From: an uncultured Gammaproteobacteria bacterium
GTDB lineage: Bacteria; Patescibacteriota; Patescibacteriia; Magasanikbacterales; GWA2-37-8
Assembly (NCBI GenBank): GCA_964355175.1
Contig: CAYHBZ010000001.1
Location: 240,523-304,522, forward strand
DNA: 64,000 nt
Direction of reading: 5' to 3'
Both the position numbers and the translations under genes were made by a program. The notes beneath the pieces are model-generated. The model searched no databases. It was not told where the DNA came from and saw nothing but the letters and a program-made list of their open reading frames with translations. Below, in pieces: positions 47,596 to 58,800 of this stretch (position 1 is its first letter; each line of letters starts with the position of its first letter).

Positions 47596-49024
47596 AAATT
47601 TCTCTTACTTCTACCAAATTTACTTTACTTTCCTGCCCTATCGGATCACCGGCTACCACCACAATCTTATCACCTTTTTTAGCCAGCTTATTCTTTTTTA
47701 TATACTCGGTCGCTTTTTTTATAAAATCTTCAATGTGCTTCACGCGTGGAATAATAAAAGGCACTACTCCCCAAGATAAATTTAGTTGTCTTTGCACACG
47801 CAAAGAATTGGTTGCTACCAAAATTGGCACTTGCGGACGCACACGGGCAATCATACGGGCAGTTTCTCCAGACACTGAATCCGCCACAATTAATTTGGAA
47901 CCGACTTCAAAAGAAAGAGTGCGGGATAATTCAGTAATCGCCGACGGAGCCGAACCTTTGATAGAAGTCGGCATCGCCAAGTCATCAAACGGCGAGGCTT
48001 CGGTAGTAATTACAATATCACTCATCGTTTTGACGGTCAAAACCGGAAACTCTCCGGAAGCAGTTTCGTTGGATAACATCACCGCATCGGCATGATCGAT
48101 GACCGCATTGGCAACATCGGAAACCTCCGCGCGAGTAGGACGACGATTATGTTGCATGGAATCAAGCATCTGAGTAGCCACAATTACCGGTTTGGACAAA
48201 GCGTTGGCTTTGGCAATCATCGCTTTTTGCAACAAAGGTACTTCGGCGGCTTTCATCTCCAGACCCAAATCGCCGCGGGCGACCATAATACAATCCACCG
48301 CTTGTAAAATAGCGTCCATATTTTCTACCGCTTCATGTTGTTCTATTTTGGCAATAATTAAAATTGGCGCTTGTTTTTTTAGTTTTAATTTTTTTTCAAA
48401 CTTTTTTATCAAAGCGCGCAAACGGATAATATCCTGCGCGGCATGCACAAACGACAGAGCGACAAACTCCACGCCAATCTTTACGCCAAATTCCAAATCT
48501 TCAATATCCTTTTTGCTAAGCGCCGGAATTTTCAAAACACTATCCGGAAAATTTAGGCCTTTGTGAGAAGACAATAATTCCCCTTCAATTACCTGCCCAA
48601 AAATTTTGCTACCTACGATCTTTTCAATCTTTACTTCCATATGACCGTCATCAAGCAAAAAGTGTTGGCCTTTTTTCAAAAATTTCTGCAAACCAGGATA
48701 AGAGACCGGCAATTCTTTGCCTTTGTATTCTTTTAAGTTAGTATCAAAAATAATTTTTTCTCCAGCTTTTATCAGCAGACCTTTTTCCGGCAAAATACCC
48801 AAACGAATTTTTGGTCCCTGCAAATCCTGCAAAATCGCCACCGGCATACCAGTCTTTTTTTCTACCTTTCGGATATTGTTTATCAATTTTTTGTGGCTGG
48901 CGTAAGTACCGTGAGAAAAATTCAGCCTGGCTACATTCACTCCGGCCTTTACCATTTGGGTCAAGGTTTTTTCATCAGCACAAGCCGGACCAATAGTCGC
49001 TACGATCTTGGTAGATTTATACAT
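47594..49024 (-). CDS. pyk: Pyruvate kinase
   Basis: TKIVATIGP, ARLNFSHG, DLQGPKIR, IAKIE, MVARGDLG, ATQML.SM, PTRAEVSDVANA. Confidence 0.98.
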   Translation of the reverse strand: MYKSTKIVATIGPACADEKTLTQMVKAGVNVARLNFSHGTYASHKKLINNIRKVEKKTGMPVAILQDLQGPKIRLGILPEKGLLIKAGEKIIFDTNLKEYKGKELPVSYPGLQKFLKKGQHFLLDDGHMEVKIEKIVGSKIFGQVIEGELLSSHKGLNFPDSVLKIPALSKKDIEDLEFGVKIGVEFVALSFVHAAQDIIRLRALIKKFEKKLKLKKQAPILIIAKIEQHEAVENMDAILQAVDCIMVARGDLGLEMKAAEVPLLQKAMIAKANALSKPVIVATQMLDSMQHNRRPTRAEVSDVANAVIDHADAVMLSNETASGEFPVLTVKTMSDIVITTEASPFDDLAMPTSIKGSAPSAITELSRTLSFEVGSKLIVADSVSGETARMIARVRPQVPILVATNSLRVQRQLNLSWGVVPFIIPRVKHIEDFIKKATEYIKKNKLAKKGDKIVVVAGDPIGQESKVNLVEVREI

Positions 49025-49027
49025 AAT

Positions 49028-49462
49028 TTATTTTAATAACGCCTTTAGCTGTTCTTGTTTGGCAGCATCGAGGGGTAAAATTTTAAACAGTTGCTCCATA
49101 GAATTGGCGGACGAAGCGGTGCTAGTCGCGGACTTGGCACCAAAAAAACCGCCATAATTATTTTGAAAATCCTGAATAATTCCTGGCAGATACCACAGCG
49201 CCCAAATTAATGGGAGCAGAATCAAAAACACTCGAATCCAACCAGCTACTGCTGTCCACATCATCTTACTGTGAATTTTACGATTTTGCTCATAGATGAT
49301 CTGTGACCACTTGAGATTTTTTTCGAGCAAATCTTTTATTACATCGTGTTCGGTTTTGGTTACTACTGGAGTTGATTTTTCGGCTACGGATTTATTTTCC
49401 ACCGCCGGGGCGGCTTCAGCATTCTTTTCAACCGATACATTTTTATCTTGATGTCTAAACAT
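49028..49462 (-). CDS. Hypothetical single-TM protein
   Basis: 144-aa ORF in operon context with one hydrophobic segment. Confidence 0.75.
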   Translation of the reverse strand: MFRHQDKNVSVEKNAEAAPAVENKSVAEKSTPVVTKTEHDVIKDLLEKNLKWSQIIYEQNRKIHSKMMWTAVAGWIRVFLILLPLIWALWYLPGIIQDFQNNYGGFFGAKSATSTASSANSMEQLFKILPLDAAKQEQLKALLK

Positions 49463-49463
49463 A

Positions 49464-49913
49464 TTATTTAGCTAAACGTTTTAATTCGCTTTCAAAATTT
49501 TTAACATCTTTGAAATCACGATAGATGCTGGCAAAACGAATATAGGCAACTTTATCAAAAGTGCGTAAATTTTTCATCACAAATTCACCAAGTTCGGCAC
49601 TGCTCAATTCGCGTTTTTTCCTTTTTTGGATATCGCGTTCGATAGCGTGCACTAAATGGTGAAAATCTTCCTGAGTAAAAGCCCGTTTGGTAAGCGAACG
49701 ACGAATTCCGCTTTCTAGCTTATCGCGCATATAAGCTTCACGCTTGCCGTCGCGCTTCACCACAATCAAATCCAAAAGCTCGGTTTCCTCAATAGTAGAA
49801 AAACGATATTCACATTTATCACACTCGCGTCGACGCCTAGTAGACAGGTCATTCTCGACCGGTCTGGTATCGACTACGCTAGTATTTTTATGGTTACAAA
49901 CAGGACAACGCAT
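49464..49913 (-). CDS. nrdR: Transcriptional repressor NrdR
   Basis: MRCPVC, RRRRECDKCEYRFST.E, ATP cone, DKVAYIRFASIYR. Confidence 0.97.
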   Translation of the reverse strand: MRCPVCNHKNTSVVDTRPVENDLSTRRRRECDKCEYRFSTIEETELLDLIVVKRDGKREAYMRDKLESGIRRSLTKRAFTQEDFHHLVHAIERDIQKRKKRELSSAELGEFVMKNLRTFDKVAYIRFASIYRDFKDVKNFESELKRLAK

Positions 49914-49947
49914 ATTTTTGTTATATAAATGATAACATTTTGACCGA

Positions 49948-49993
49948 TAAAAAACAAGACAAAAATACCTAGGTATTTTTGTCTTGTTTTTTA
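49948..49993. terminator. 46-bp perfect palindrome downstream of ftsZ (probable terminator)
   Basis: TAAAAAACAAGACAAAAATACCT|AGGTATTTTTGTCTTGTTTTTTA. Confidence 0.65.
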
Positions 49994-50003
49994 GTGATGA
50001 ATT

Positions 50004-51245
50004 TTATATACCCATTTTCTTACGGATAAACGCCGGGATCTCGAGCTCATCATCAGCTGATTTTGGCTTGGTCGTTACAATCGGCTGAGCTTTTGTCTCT
50101 TCCCTAAAAGCGTTTATTACTACCGGAGCGATCTGAGGCTCTTTGGCTACCGGCTTTTGGACAAACTGTTTAAATTTCTTTTCTTCCTCTTCATCATCTC
50201 TCTGCGCTTTGCGGGCAAAGGCATTGTTGGTAAATTTGGACGCGCTAAAGAATGAAGTTTCCTCATCAGCGGCTAGCAAAGCGCTTGGTCGGCGGCCATC
50301 AAAGCCAGTGGCGATTACGGTGATACGAATACCATCAGTAAGAGTTTCGTCGATAGTAGCACCAAAAATAACTTTGGCATCTTCGGAAGCGGAACTGGTA
50401 ATAATCTTGGCGGCTTCACTGACTTCATTCATAGTAAGATCAGTGCCACCGGTGATAGTAAATAGAATGCCGTTGGCGCCATCAATAGACAGATCAAGGA
50501 GCGGACTGGAGATGGCCATCTTGGCGGCTTCAACCGCCCGATTTTCACCACTGCCGTTACCGATACCCATCAAAGCAGAGCCGGTGTCGCGCATAATAGT
50601 TTTGACATCGGCGAAGTCCACATTAATAAGCGAAGGAGTGGTAATAATTTCCGAGATCCCTTGCACACCCTGGCGCAAAACATCATCGACAATTTTAAAG
50701 GCATCCAGCAAACTGGTTTTTTTATCAATCACTTGTAAAATACGATCATTTGGAATAGTGATAATAGCGTCCACACTGCGAGCCAATTTTTCCCAAGCGG
50801 CTTCACCTACTTCTTTTCTTTTTGGCCCTTCAAAACCAAATGGCTTGGTGACCACCGCCACAGTAAGCGCGCCTAATTCTTTGGCCACTTCAGCCACTAC
50901 CGGAGAAGCTCCCGATCCGGTGCCACCACCCAAACCACAGGTGATGAAAACCATATCGGAATCTTTCAAAATTTCTCTGATTTCATTTTGACTTTCCTCG
51001 GCGGCTTTGCGTCCAATTTCCGGATCCATACCGGCTCCCAAACCACGAGTAACACTTTTTCCAATATGTAATTTTTGGGAAGCTGAACTATGGTGCAAAG
51101 CCTGCACATCAGTATTCATTGCGATAAAATCAATGCCGCGAATTTTTGAAGCCACCATCCGATTGACGGCACTGCCGCCGGATCCTCCCACTCCGACTAC
51201 TTTAATTTTTGCAAAGGTTTCCATTTCAGGTTTTACTTGAGGCAT
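50004..51245 (-). CDS. ftsZ: Cell division protein FtsZ
   Basis: [16 protein letters not shown]-terminal LEIPAFIRK. Confidence 0.98.
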   Translation of the reverse strand: MPQVKPEMETFAKIKVVGVGGSGGSAVNRMVASKIRGIDFIAMNTDVQALHHSSASQKLHIGKSVTRGLGAGMDPEIGRKAAEESQNEIREILKDSDMVFITCGLGGGTGSGASPVVAEVAKELGALTVAVVTKPFGFEGPKRKEVGEAAWEKLARSVDAIITIPNDRILQVIDKKTSLLDAFKIVDDVLRQGVQGISEIITTPSLINVDFADVKTIMRDTGSALMGIGNGSGENRAVEAAKMAISSPLLDLSIDGANGILFTITGGTDLTMNEVSEAAKIITSSASEDAKVIFGATIDETLTDGIRITVIATGFDGRRPSALLAADEETSFFSASKFTNNAFARKAQRDDEEEEKKFKQFVQKPVAKEPQIAPVVINAFREETKAQPIVTTKPKSADDELEIPAFIRKKMGI

Positions 51246-51375
51246 AAACTTCTTTGATTAACTTGAACACTTTTTGTATTCAACACACTTTAATAAAAAA
51301 ATAGCGATCCGTTATCGCTACCTAGTTTATATTACCTATGAGCTACTGTCAAGCAATAGAACTTAGCCAAAATTA

Positions 51376-52644
51376 TTATGGTAACAAGGCTTTAAACCAG
51401 TCTTTGATAGCTCCGGCTGAGCCACCAACTTTTTTCAGACCATCAAATAATTTGGCATTTTTAGCGCTGTGTCCTGAGCTCATCATACTACCCCATTTGA
51501 GCAGACCCACCACATTTACAAAACCAAGATCATTAATTTTATCCGTGGCACTAATAAAATTTAGCGGGTATCCCAGCGTGGCCGGCAAACGCAAATATTT
51601 TTTACCGGCTTCGGTAATGCCCGGCAATTTGGCGCCACCGCCGGTAAATACCACGCCAGATGGGAGCATACCACTGCGTCCAACTTTGCGTAATTCATCA
51701 TCAATTTTTTGCATGATTTCTTCGACACGAGCTTCAATGATTTCACTGAGGTATTTACGCTTTACGGTTTCATGTTCGCTGGCTCCGAGTTCATACAAAT
51801 CAATTTCTTCTTTCTTGGAAACAGTGTTTGAAAAACAATCACCATACTCTATCTTCACACGCTCAGCCACATCTATCGCGGTACGCAGACCAATCGCGAT
51901 ATCATTGGTAATATGTTCGGAACCAATCGGTAAGATGGTGGAATGCAATATTTCTCCTTCTTCGTATACGGCCAAGCTGGTAGTGGAAGCGCCAAAATCT
52001 ACCACCGCCACTCCAAGATCTTTTTGTCTGTTAGTCACCGCGGCTTCACTACTAGCCAAAATTGAAAGCACCAAATCCTCTATTTCGAGGCCAGAACGAT
52101 AGATAGCTTTGGTAAGATTTTTTATCTGGGCAGAAGCTCCAAGTATTATTTGCGCATCCACCTCTAGGCGAATACCGGTCATGCCTACTGGATCCTTAAT
52201 CCCGGTTTGACCGTCCACCGAAAATCTTTTTGGCAAGACGTGTAATACCTCGTAGTTGAGAGGTGTAGAAATAGAGCGAGCAGCCTCAAGAGCGCGATCC
52301 ACATCGGTTTCGGATATTTCACTATCGGCCTTGGATACGGCCACTACCCCTTTACTATTTTGTGACATAATATGCAAACCAGAGACACCTGTCCAAACTC
52401 TGTCTATCGGCAATCCCACAGTGCGTTCCATTTTTTCCAAACAAGAAGATACCGCGGATACCAAATCCTCGATACTATTGATGGAGCCTTTATGCATACC
52501 TTCGGATGGCACTTCGGCGGCTCCCAAAATCTGCATTTCCGCCTGAGTTTCATCACCGCGATAAACCATCTGTCCAACGGCCATGCGCACCATACTGGAA
52601 CCAATATCAAGACCGGCAATTATATTTTGTTTTCCTTTGGACAT
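51376..52644 (-). CDS. ftsA: Cell division protein FtsA
   Basis: GLDIGSS, DPVGMTG.RLE, HITNDIA, VFTGGGA; upstream of ftsZ. Confidence 0.97.
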   Translation of the reverse strand: MSKGKQNIIAGLDIGSSMVRMAVGQMVYRGDETQAEMQILGAAEVPSEGMHKGSINSIEDLVSAVSSCLEKMERTVGLPIDRVWTGVSGLHIMSQNSKGVVAVSKADSEISETDVDRALEAARSISTPLNYEVLHVLPKRFSVDGQTGIKDPVGMTGIRLEVDAQIILGASAQIKNLTKAIYRSGLEIEDLVLSILASSEAAVTNRQKDLGVAVVDFGASTTSLAVYEEGEILHSTILPIGSEHITNDIAIGLRTAIDVAERVKIEYGDCFSNTVSKKEEIDLYELGASEHETVKRKYLSEIIEARVEEIMQKIDDELRKVGRSGMLPSGVVFTGGGAKLPGITEAGKKYLRLPATLGYPLNFISATDKINDLGFVNVVGLLKWGSMMSSGHSAKNAKLFDGLKKVGGSAGAIKDWFKALLP

Positions 52645-52679
52645 ACTAACATTCTAAATAAGAGAAACTATATTATACC

Positions 52680-53045
52680 TTATTTTAACAAAGCGATAAA
52701 GTGGGGTAAAAAAATAATGAGACCAATAGCCAAAGCTCCGATAGAAGTGACCAAAACAGCGGCCGCCATAACATCTTTAATTATCGATACATAATGATTG
52801 AGACGCGGCTTGAGCAAATCAGCTACATATTCCAAGGCGGTATTGAGCAACTCCACGGTCAAAACACTGACTACCAATAAAATTAAAAGAATAATTTCCC
52901 AAATCTTTAAAGGAAATATTAAAGTCAAACACAAAACCACCAAAGCCAAAAAAACCTGAATACGAAAATTTTGTTCATGCCAAAAAGCGTATCGCAAACC
53001 GCGAAAAGCATCCCTAAAACTCTTTAATAATCTTTTAAGCGACAT
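52680..53045 (-). CDS. dgkA: Diacylglycerol/undecaprenol kinase
   Basis: SF..A..GL, EQNFR, ELLNTALE, IKDV.AAAVL. Confidence 0.9.
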   Translation of the reverse strand: MSLKRLLKSFRDAFRGLRYAFWHEQNFRIQVFLALVVLCLTLIFPLKIWEIILLILLVVSVLTVELLNTALEYVADLLKPRLNHYVSIIKDVMAAAVLVTSIGALAIGLIIFLPHFIALLK

Positions 53046-53472
53046 ATTTTAAATTCTTTAAAACACCTTCTTGCAAACCAAACATTTTTTTTGCCTCCAC
53101 CACTTCGTGATGTTCATGACCGGCCAGATGCAGCAGACCGTGCACCAGCATACGAGCAAACTCTTGTTTCTGCGGTATGCCAAGCTCTTTTGACTGGCGC
53201 TGAATCTGCTGTGGACAGATATATATCTGTCCAAGATACGGAGTTTTGATAAACTCATCTTCAGACCAAGCAAAGGAAAGCACATCGGTCGGATATTTTT
53301 TGCCGCGAAATTGAAAATTTAATTTAGTCATTTCGCTATCCCCTACCAAATTTATTTCCACTATGCCTTTTATCTTCTTCTCTTTTTTTGCCGCGACGGT
53401 GGCTATTTTTTGCAGTTCACTGTCCGACAATAAACTATTTTTTGTTTTAAAATTTATTTCAATTTTTATCAT
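53035..53472 (-). CDS. ybeY: rRNA maturation endoribonuclease YbeY
   Basis: LN.QFRGK..PTDVLSF, LG.IYI, HGLLHLAGHEH. Confidence 0.93.
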   Translation of the reverse strand: MIKIEINFKTKNSLLSDSELQKIATVAAKKEKKIKGIVEINLVGDSEMTKLNFQFRGKKYPTDVLSFAWSEDEFIKTPYLGQIYICPQQIQRQSKELGIPQKQEFARMLVHGLLHLAGHEHHEVVEAKKMFGLQEGVLKNLKYVA

Positions 53473-53476
53473 AATA

Positions 53477-54577
53477 CTAGGGGGTGCTGGAGGCAAATGG
53501 GTTAACTTCCACTACTCTATTTGGCACATCTTCAGAATTTCCAAACTGAAAACTACGCATGAATAATTTATTTACAATACGATAATTCAGCGGGCTGGAA
53601 TTGGCAGCGTGATAAATAATAGCAAAAACCTGATTATCAACTGGGAAAAAGTAAACCATATTATCTTTACGCCCAAATCCGGGCTGTTTGAAAACAGATT
53701 CGATTGGCGCGTAATCGGCATAGCTTTCGGTGGGGACAAATCTCGCAAACCAATCAACAAAACTTTCATCCGCATTTTTAGCAATTACTCTTACCTCAAT
53801 ATTTTCTCCCGTAAAGGTACTAAACAAGACATCTTTATATCCCGAATCTACACTACCTACTGCCCAGCTTTTTGGATAATATAATTTGTAGCCAAATACC
53901 GGATTGGTATATACACTAACCAGTCCAGAATCAATAAGCTTCATCGGCTCTTTACCGACCGGATTGTAAAGATGATAAATTTCGTGATTATCCGGGTATT
54001 TATCAACATCGGTGTCTGGCAATGTAGCATCGGTGGTAAATAATTCCTCTGCCGGATCCGCCAATTCATCTTTATCGGTATCAGTGGTATCACCCAATAA
54101 AGTAGAGGGCAAATCAAGCGGAGCCTCTCCCAAAGAAGGGGTGACCTTGGCAAGCGGTTGCTGAGTTTCATTAATTACCGGCGCAACTGGCGTTTCACTT
54201 GGTGCTGGTTCCACATTTGTCACCACCGGCGCGACTGGCGCTGGAGCCGGTTTATTTTTTTGATACTGCCAAAAATAATAAACACCGCCTACGATACTGA
54301 CCAAGGCAATAATAATCAAAAAAGTAAAAAATAAAAACTTGGAATTGGCCATTAAATTTACCGGATGTAATTTATTGCCGGCACCTACACTAGTTTGCTT
54401 ATCCAATAATTTTTTTTCCGTGGTTGATAAAACCATGGGTTTGACTTCTTTAGGAGCCACCACGGTTTCAACTGTCATAAATTTTACCACCGGATTACTG
54501 CCACCATAAAAATCATCTGGAATTTTATTCAGATTTATTTCCGGCAATGATTCAATTGGCGCTTTTTTACCAAACAT
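53477..54577 (-). CDS. Membrane-anchored protein with TSP3-like Ca-binding repeats and PsbP-like C-terminal domain
   Basis: One TM, Pro-rich linker, DTDKDEL.D / DTDVDKY.D repeats, Y.N..FGY...YP..W. Confidence 0.7.
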   Translation of the reverse strand: MFGKKAPIESLPEINLNKIPDDFYGGSNPVVKFMTVETVVAPKEVKPMVLSTTEKKLLDKQTSVGAGNKLHPVNLMANSKFLFFTFLIIIALVSIVGGVYYFWQYQKNKPAPAPVAPVVTNVEPAPSETPVAPVINETQQPLAKVTPSLGEAPLDLPSTLLGDTTDTDKDELADPAEELFTTDATLPDTDVDKYPDNHEIYHLYNPVGKEPMKLIDSGLVSVYTNPVFGYKLYYPKSWAVGSVDSGYKDVLFSTFTGENIEVRVIAKNADESFVDWFARFVPTESYADYAPIESVFKQPGFGRKDNMVYFFPVDNQVFAIIYHAANSSPLNYRIVNKLFMRSFQFGNSEDVPNRVVEVNPFASSTP

Positions 54578-54586
54578 AATTATAAA

Positions 54587-55372
54587 CTATTTTTTAGTGG
54601 CGGTAGCTGATACACCGGCAGTAGTAGAAGCGGAAGTGGCGGTACTGGTAGGCACATTAAATAATTTTCCAGAACCAAGTGGATTGTATCCATGGAATAC
54701 CTCTGAACCATCAGCATAGGTATCACCATCCGTATCGGAATTCAAAGGATTGGTTTTCCAGATTATCACTTCATCACCGTCGTTTAGACCATCACTATCA
54801 CTGTCGGCTTTGCGTGAATCGGTGCCCAATTGTTTTTCGCGGACATCATCAAGCCCATCATGATCACTGTCAACAGATTCGCCAAATAAAATTTTATCAT
54901 TATTCATGCTAGCGCTCACTTCGCTACTACTGACTGTACTGTTTGTTACCGGTTCGTTAGGCTGATTATTTTCAACGACTGGCTCTGTGACAACCGGTGT
55001 GATATTAGTGTTTTTAGTTTCGGTAACAGCCGGCGATTTGGCCGCGGTGAATTTATTATAAAAATACCAACCACCAAATCCAAGACCACCGAGCGCCGCT
55101 ACCAAAAATACCAATAATAAAATCTTACCGAGAACAGGCTGTTTCATTTCGTACATTGAACCAGACACCGTGGCTGGCGCGGCATTATTCATATCAGAAG
55201 CCGAGCTATCTTTTTTCTTCAGCAAACCGGCGCTCAGAGCATTCGGAGTCTGAGGTATCTCAGGTGGCAAATCTTCGCCACCAAGATCTTTTTCCGTACC
55301 GGCGAACATATCCACCGGCTCCATTGGCAAATTACCAGGAACGCCGCCAGCATTTTGTTGATCATCAAACAT
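54587..55372 (-). CDS. Membrane-anchored protein with TSP3-like DxDxDG repeats
   Basis: DSDHDGLDD, DSDSDGLND, DTDGDTYAD. Confidence 0.8.
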   Translation of the reverse strand: MFDDQQNAGGVPGNLPMEPVDMFAGTEKDLGGEDLPPEIPQTPNALSAGLLKKKDSSASDMNNAAPATVSGSMYEMKQPVLGKILLLVFLVAALGGLGFGGWYFYNKFTAAKSPAVTETKNTNITPVVTEPVVENNQPNEPVTNSTVSSSEVSASMNNDKILFGESVDSDHDGLDDVREKQLGTDSRKADSDSDGLNDGDEVIIWKTNPLNSDTDGDTYADGSEVFHGYNPLGSGKLFNVPTSTATSASTTAGVSATATKK

Positions 55373-55404
55373 AGAAATAAAATTAGGATTATTTTTAAAT
55401 AAAA

Positions 55405-55842
55405 TTATTTTTTAAGTTTTCCCGGACCAAGCGGATCGTAATCACGACGCAATTCAGCTCCGTCGCTATAGCTATCACCATCGGTATCGTACTTGAGCGG
55501 ATTAGTATGATAAGTCTGCACCTCATCATAATCAGTAAGGCCGTCGCCATCGGTATCAATCCTGGATGGATCGGTGCCGAGTTGTTTTTCCTGGGCATCA
55601 CTGACTCCATCCAAATCAGAATCATTTTTTTGTTTTTCATCCAAAACTTTCTGCAAATCCACCAAATCACTTTCTATTTTTTGACTTTCCTGCTGAATTA
55701 CTTCAGGGGAAGATGACGGTGTCGCCTCGGAATTTGAAAGTTTATTTATATTATTAGTTTTATATTTAAACCAAGCAAAGCCGCCGGCCAGCAAAACCAG
55801 TATCACCACCAAAGCTATAATCAAAAATTTTTTATTTATCAT
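55405..55842 (-). CDS. Membrane-anchored protein with TSP3-like DxDxDG repeats
   Basis: N-terminal TM; DSDLDGVSD, DTDGDGLTD, DTDGDSYSD. Confidence 0.8.
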   Translation of the reverse strand: MINKKFLIIALVVILVLLAGGFAWFKYKTNNINKLSNSEATPSSSPEVIQQESQKIESDLVDLQKVLDEKQKNDSDLDGVSDAQEKQLGTDPSRIDTDGDGLTDYDEVQTYHTNPLKYDTDGDSYSDGAELRRDYDPLGPGKLKK

Positions 55843-55845
55843 ATT

Positions 55846-58800
55846 CTAATAAACTAATTTTATATCGGTACGAACGCTGTTGTATTGTTTATCCTTAGGC
55901 AGATTGGTTCCAACATAAAAATGATTGGCGTATTCTGCGATTGGACTATTGTCTTTTAGCACGTTGAAAACATGCCAATACTGTGCGCCATTATTGGAAG
56001 ATGGAATCGCCTGTGAAAAATAGAAGGTCTTTATCGGACGGGCGAAGTGGCGGTACACATCATTATTTTCCTGCGCACGCTGAGGTTCGGCGGCATAAAT
56101 TTCTACCTTTAATTTGGCGTCTTTCCCTACCTGAGCAATTGGCAAAGACGAAGAACTTATTTGCACAAAAAATGCGTAGGAGCTGACACTCATCCTGGTG
56201 GTATCAATAGTAAAAGCTTCTTCGTTTATATTAAATTCCGGAACAGAACCAAAACCGTGGAACCAAACCGTATCATCGTTATTTAAATAATAACTGGAAT
56301 AACCATCAACATTACTTTTATTTGGCACCCACTTAGAAGGTACAAAATCCGAACCTAATAAACCAGCAGAAAATTGAGACACATCCTTTCCTACCCAGCT
56401 GACTACGATACGAATATCGTTGGGACGAGCTACGGTATTTACTACACTGTTTACATTATTTTGAGGAATAACTGGCGACAATAACAAATTATAACTATCT
56501 GGCGCAGAGGCGGTAAATACCGGGAAATCAACCAAATGTTCCTTGGACAAATCCGCATTCAGAGATAAACGATAATAACGATCTTGGGAAGTGTCCGAAC
56601 AGACTGGATTGGAAGCAATTTTTGCATCCACAGTGCCGGAATTGCTATCAGTCTGAAATTTATATGAAACAACTTCACTACCAAAAGCATACCGATCAAA
56701 AGCTACTGCATATGCAGCTGCATTTCCGGTAATGGCGGAATCTTTTTTAGGGTATAATAGACCCATATAGCCTAAATGCTGCCCGGGAATCACACTCTCC
56801 GGTTCGGCGATCAACGGATTTTTTCCTGTTGGATCCAACACATTTACTATACCTCCGGAAACAACCACACCTTTATCACTCAAACCACAGGCCACACAAC
56901 TACTCTGGATTGGACTATTGGATCCAATACCACAATTGGCCGCGCAAGATTTTTCACCGATTTTACCGATTAAATTATTCTTTGCATCGGGATCGCCTGC
57001 CAAAAACTGGCTATACCAATAAGAGCTAGTAGCGTTTAAAGTAGTATTAAATTCAGCATAGCATTGAAGCACTTTATATCCGCCATGATTAGTATAAATA
57101 CTGTTAAATGTACTTAACCCTTTACTATTTACATAATCATTGCCGGTACCGGATGAAGTAGCAATAGAAACCAGACTTCCAATACTATCGACTTCACATT
57201 TTTCTGGGCCATTGATAATAGTATCACCACAATAACCAGCCGCATTTACGGTTATTACATTTTCACAATCAAATGAGCAGTAAGTACAGGATTGATTATA
57301 ACTAGACACACAAGGTTTGCCATTTTCACTGCCTTTATCACAAACTTCACCATTTTCGATTTCAACCTTGCCATTGTTACAGCTGCCAGCAATAGCAACT
57401 TCTTTTGGAGCGCTGCTTAGCTCACAAAAATTGGCCGAATTTGCATATAAATCTTTTATTTCAATGGCAGATAGAGCGCGTCCATACAACTGCACTTCGT
57501 CCATGCCACCTTTAAAGAAACTGGTATCGTCATGACCAAGTTTAATTGGATAATTGTGGTCAGCTTTTAAAGTAGCACTGCCATTAGTGGCGCCTACACC
57601 TATGAGATTGCCATCCACATAATAATTGGTATTACGCATAGCATCGACAGTAACCGCTACAAAATGCCATTCATTTGTTGACATTTTCAAATCCACACCA
57701 TTACTACCAAAAATTGGTACGGACGAAGAATTTATAGCACTATAATTGTTTGAAAAAACACGAGATGAGAGATGTAGTTTGCTTACAAACTTTTCTGGGC
57801 CACTCGTAGTCTTTACTAGATACAAATTATAATCACGATTATGATCATAGGTCCTACCATCGCCAGCCACTCCTCCAAAACCATCTTTACTGTTTTCTTT
57901 GCTTACAATAGTGTGATAACCATCAGATATTGTGGGATCCACATTAATCCAAGCGGAAAAAGTGAGCTCATTTATATTAAATTTATTTTGATGATCGACG
58001 ATAAAATAATTACTGGTGCCATTGAAAGACATTGCCTGTTTTTTGGATACTGACAGTGAAGGAACTGGTATTGGACAACCCTGAGCGCCGTTGCCTGAAC
58101 AATAAGCTTTATAAGGTACCAAATTATCACCGGTACTAGACGCCGAATTTGGAACATAGCTATTATTTGCTGGCACATACGCGACATTGCTCACCCAAAC
58201 ATCATCAAACTTATAATATAAAATCGCCGTATTATTTTTCCATTTACACTCATTACTGCATAATCTACTTCCAGAAACATCAGCAATGGAACAGCTTTGA
58301 TTGCCGTCACACTCTTCGCCAAATTCTGTCTGTGCTATACCATCACCACAATAAGGACCGTATTTTTGACAATCAGAAGCACAGGAATCGACTTTCTTTA
58401 AACTATATTTATTTTTATTTAAATTCAAACTTTCCAATTTACCATCATTGCTGAGAAACGGAGAACTAAGCCAAAAATTACAGAAGGTATCATTGGTAGC
58501 CGTACCGTTGTTCGATTGCATAAACCACATAAGACCATCCACACACCACCCAAAATAATTATTAGACTTTGTATCACAAACTTCATTGGCCTGATCGACT
58601 GCTCCATCGCCACAAGTAGAAGAAAAACCAGTACAAGTAGCATTACAGTGTCCATACTGACCATTCAATACACCCTCATCGCAGGTCTCGCCTACCTCCA
58701 CGATACCATTTTTACATTTGGAAAGTTTTGCTCCACAGCTGGTAGAAGTAGCGCTTACCTGCCATTGGCAACTCTTGGAACAAATATCGCCGTGCAAAAC

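Noticed and set aside
50143-52102. Long plus-strand ORFs (282 and 254 aa) opposite ftsZ and ftsA
   Set aside because: Antisense shadows of conserved genes, with no domain motifs.
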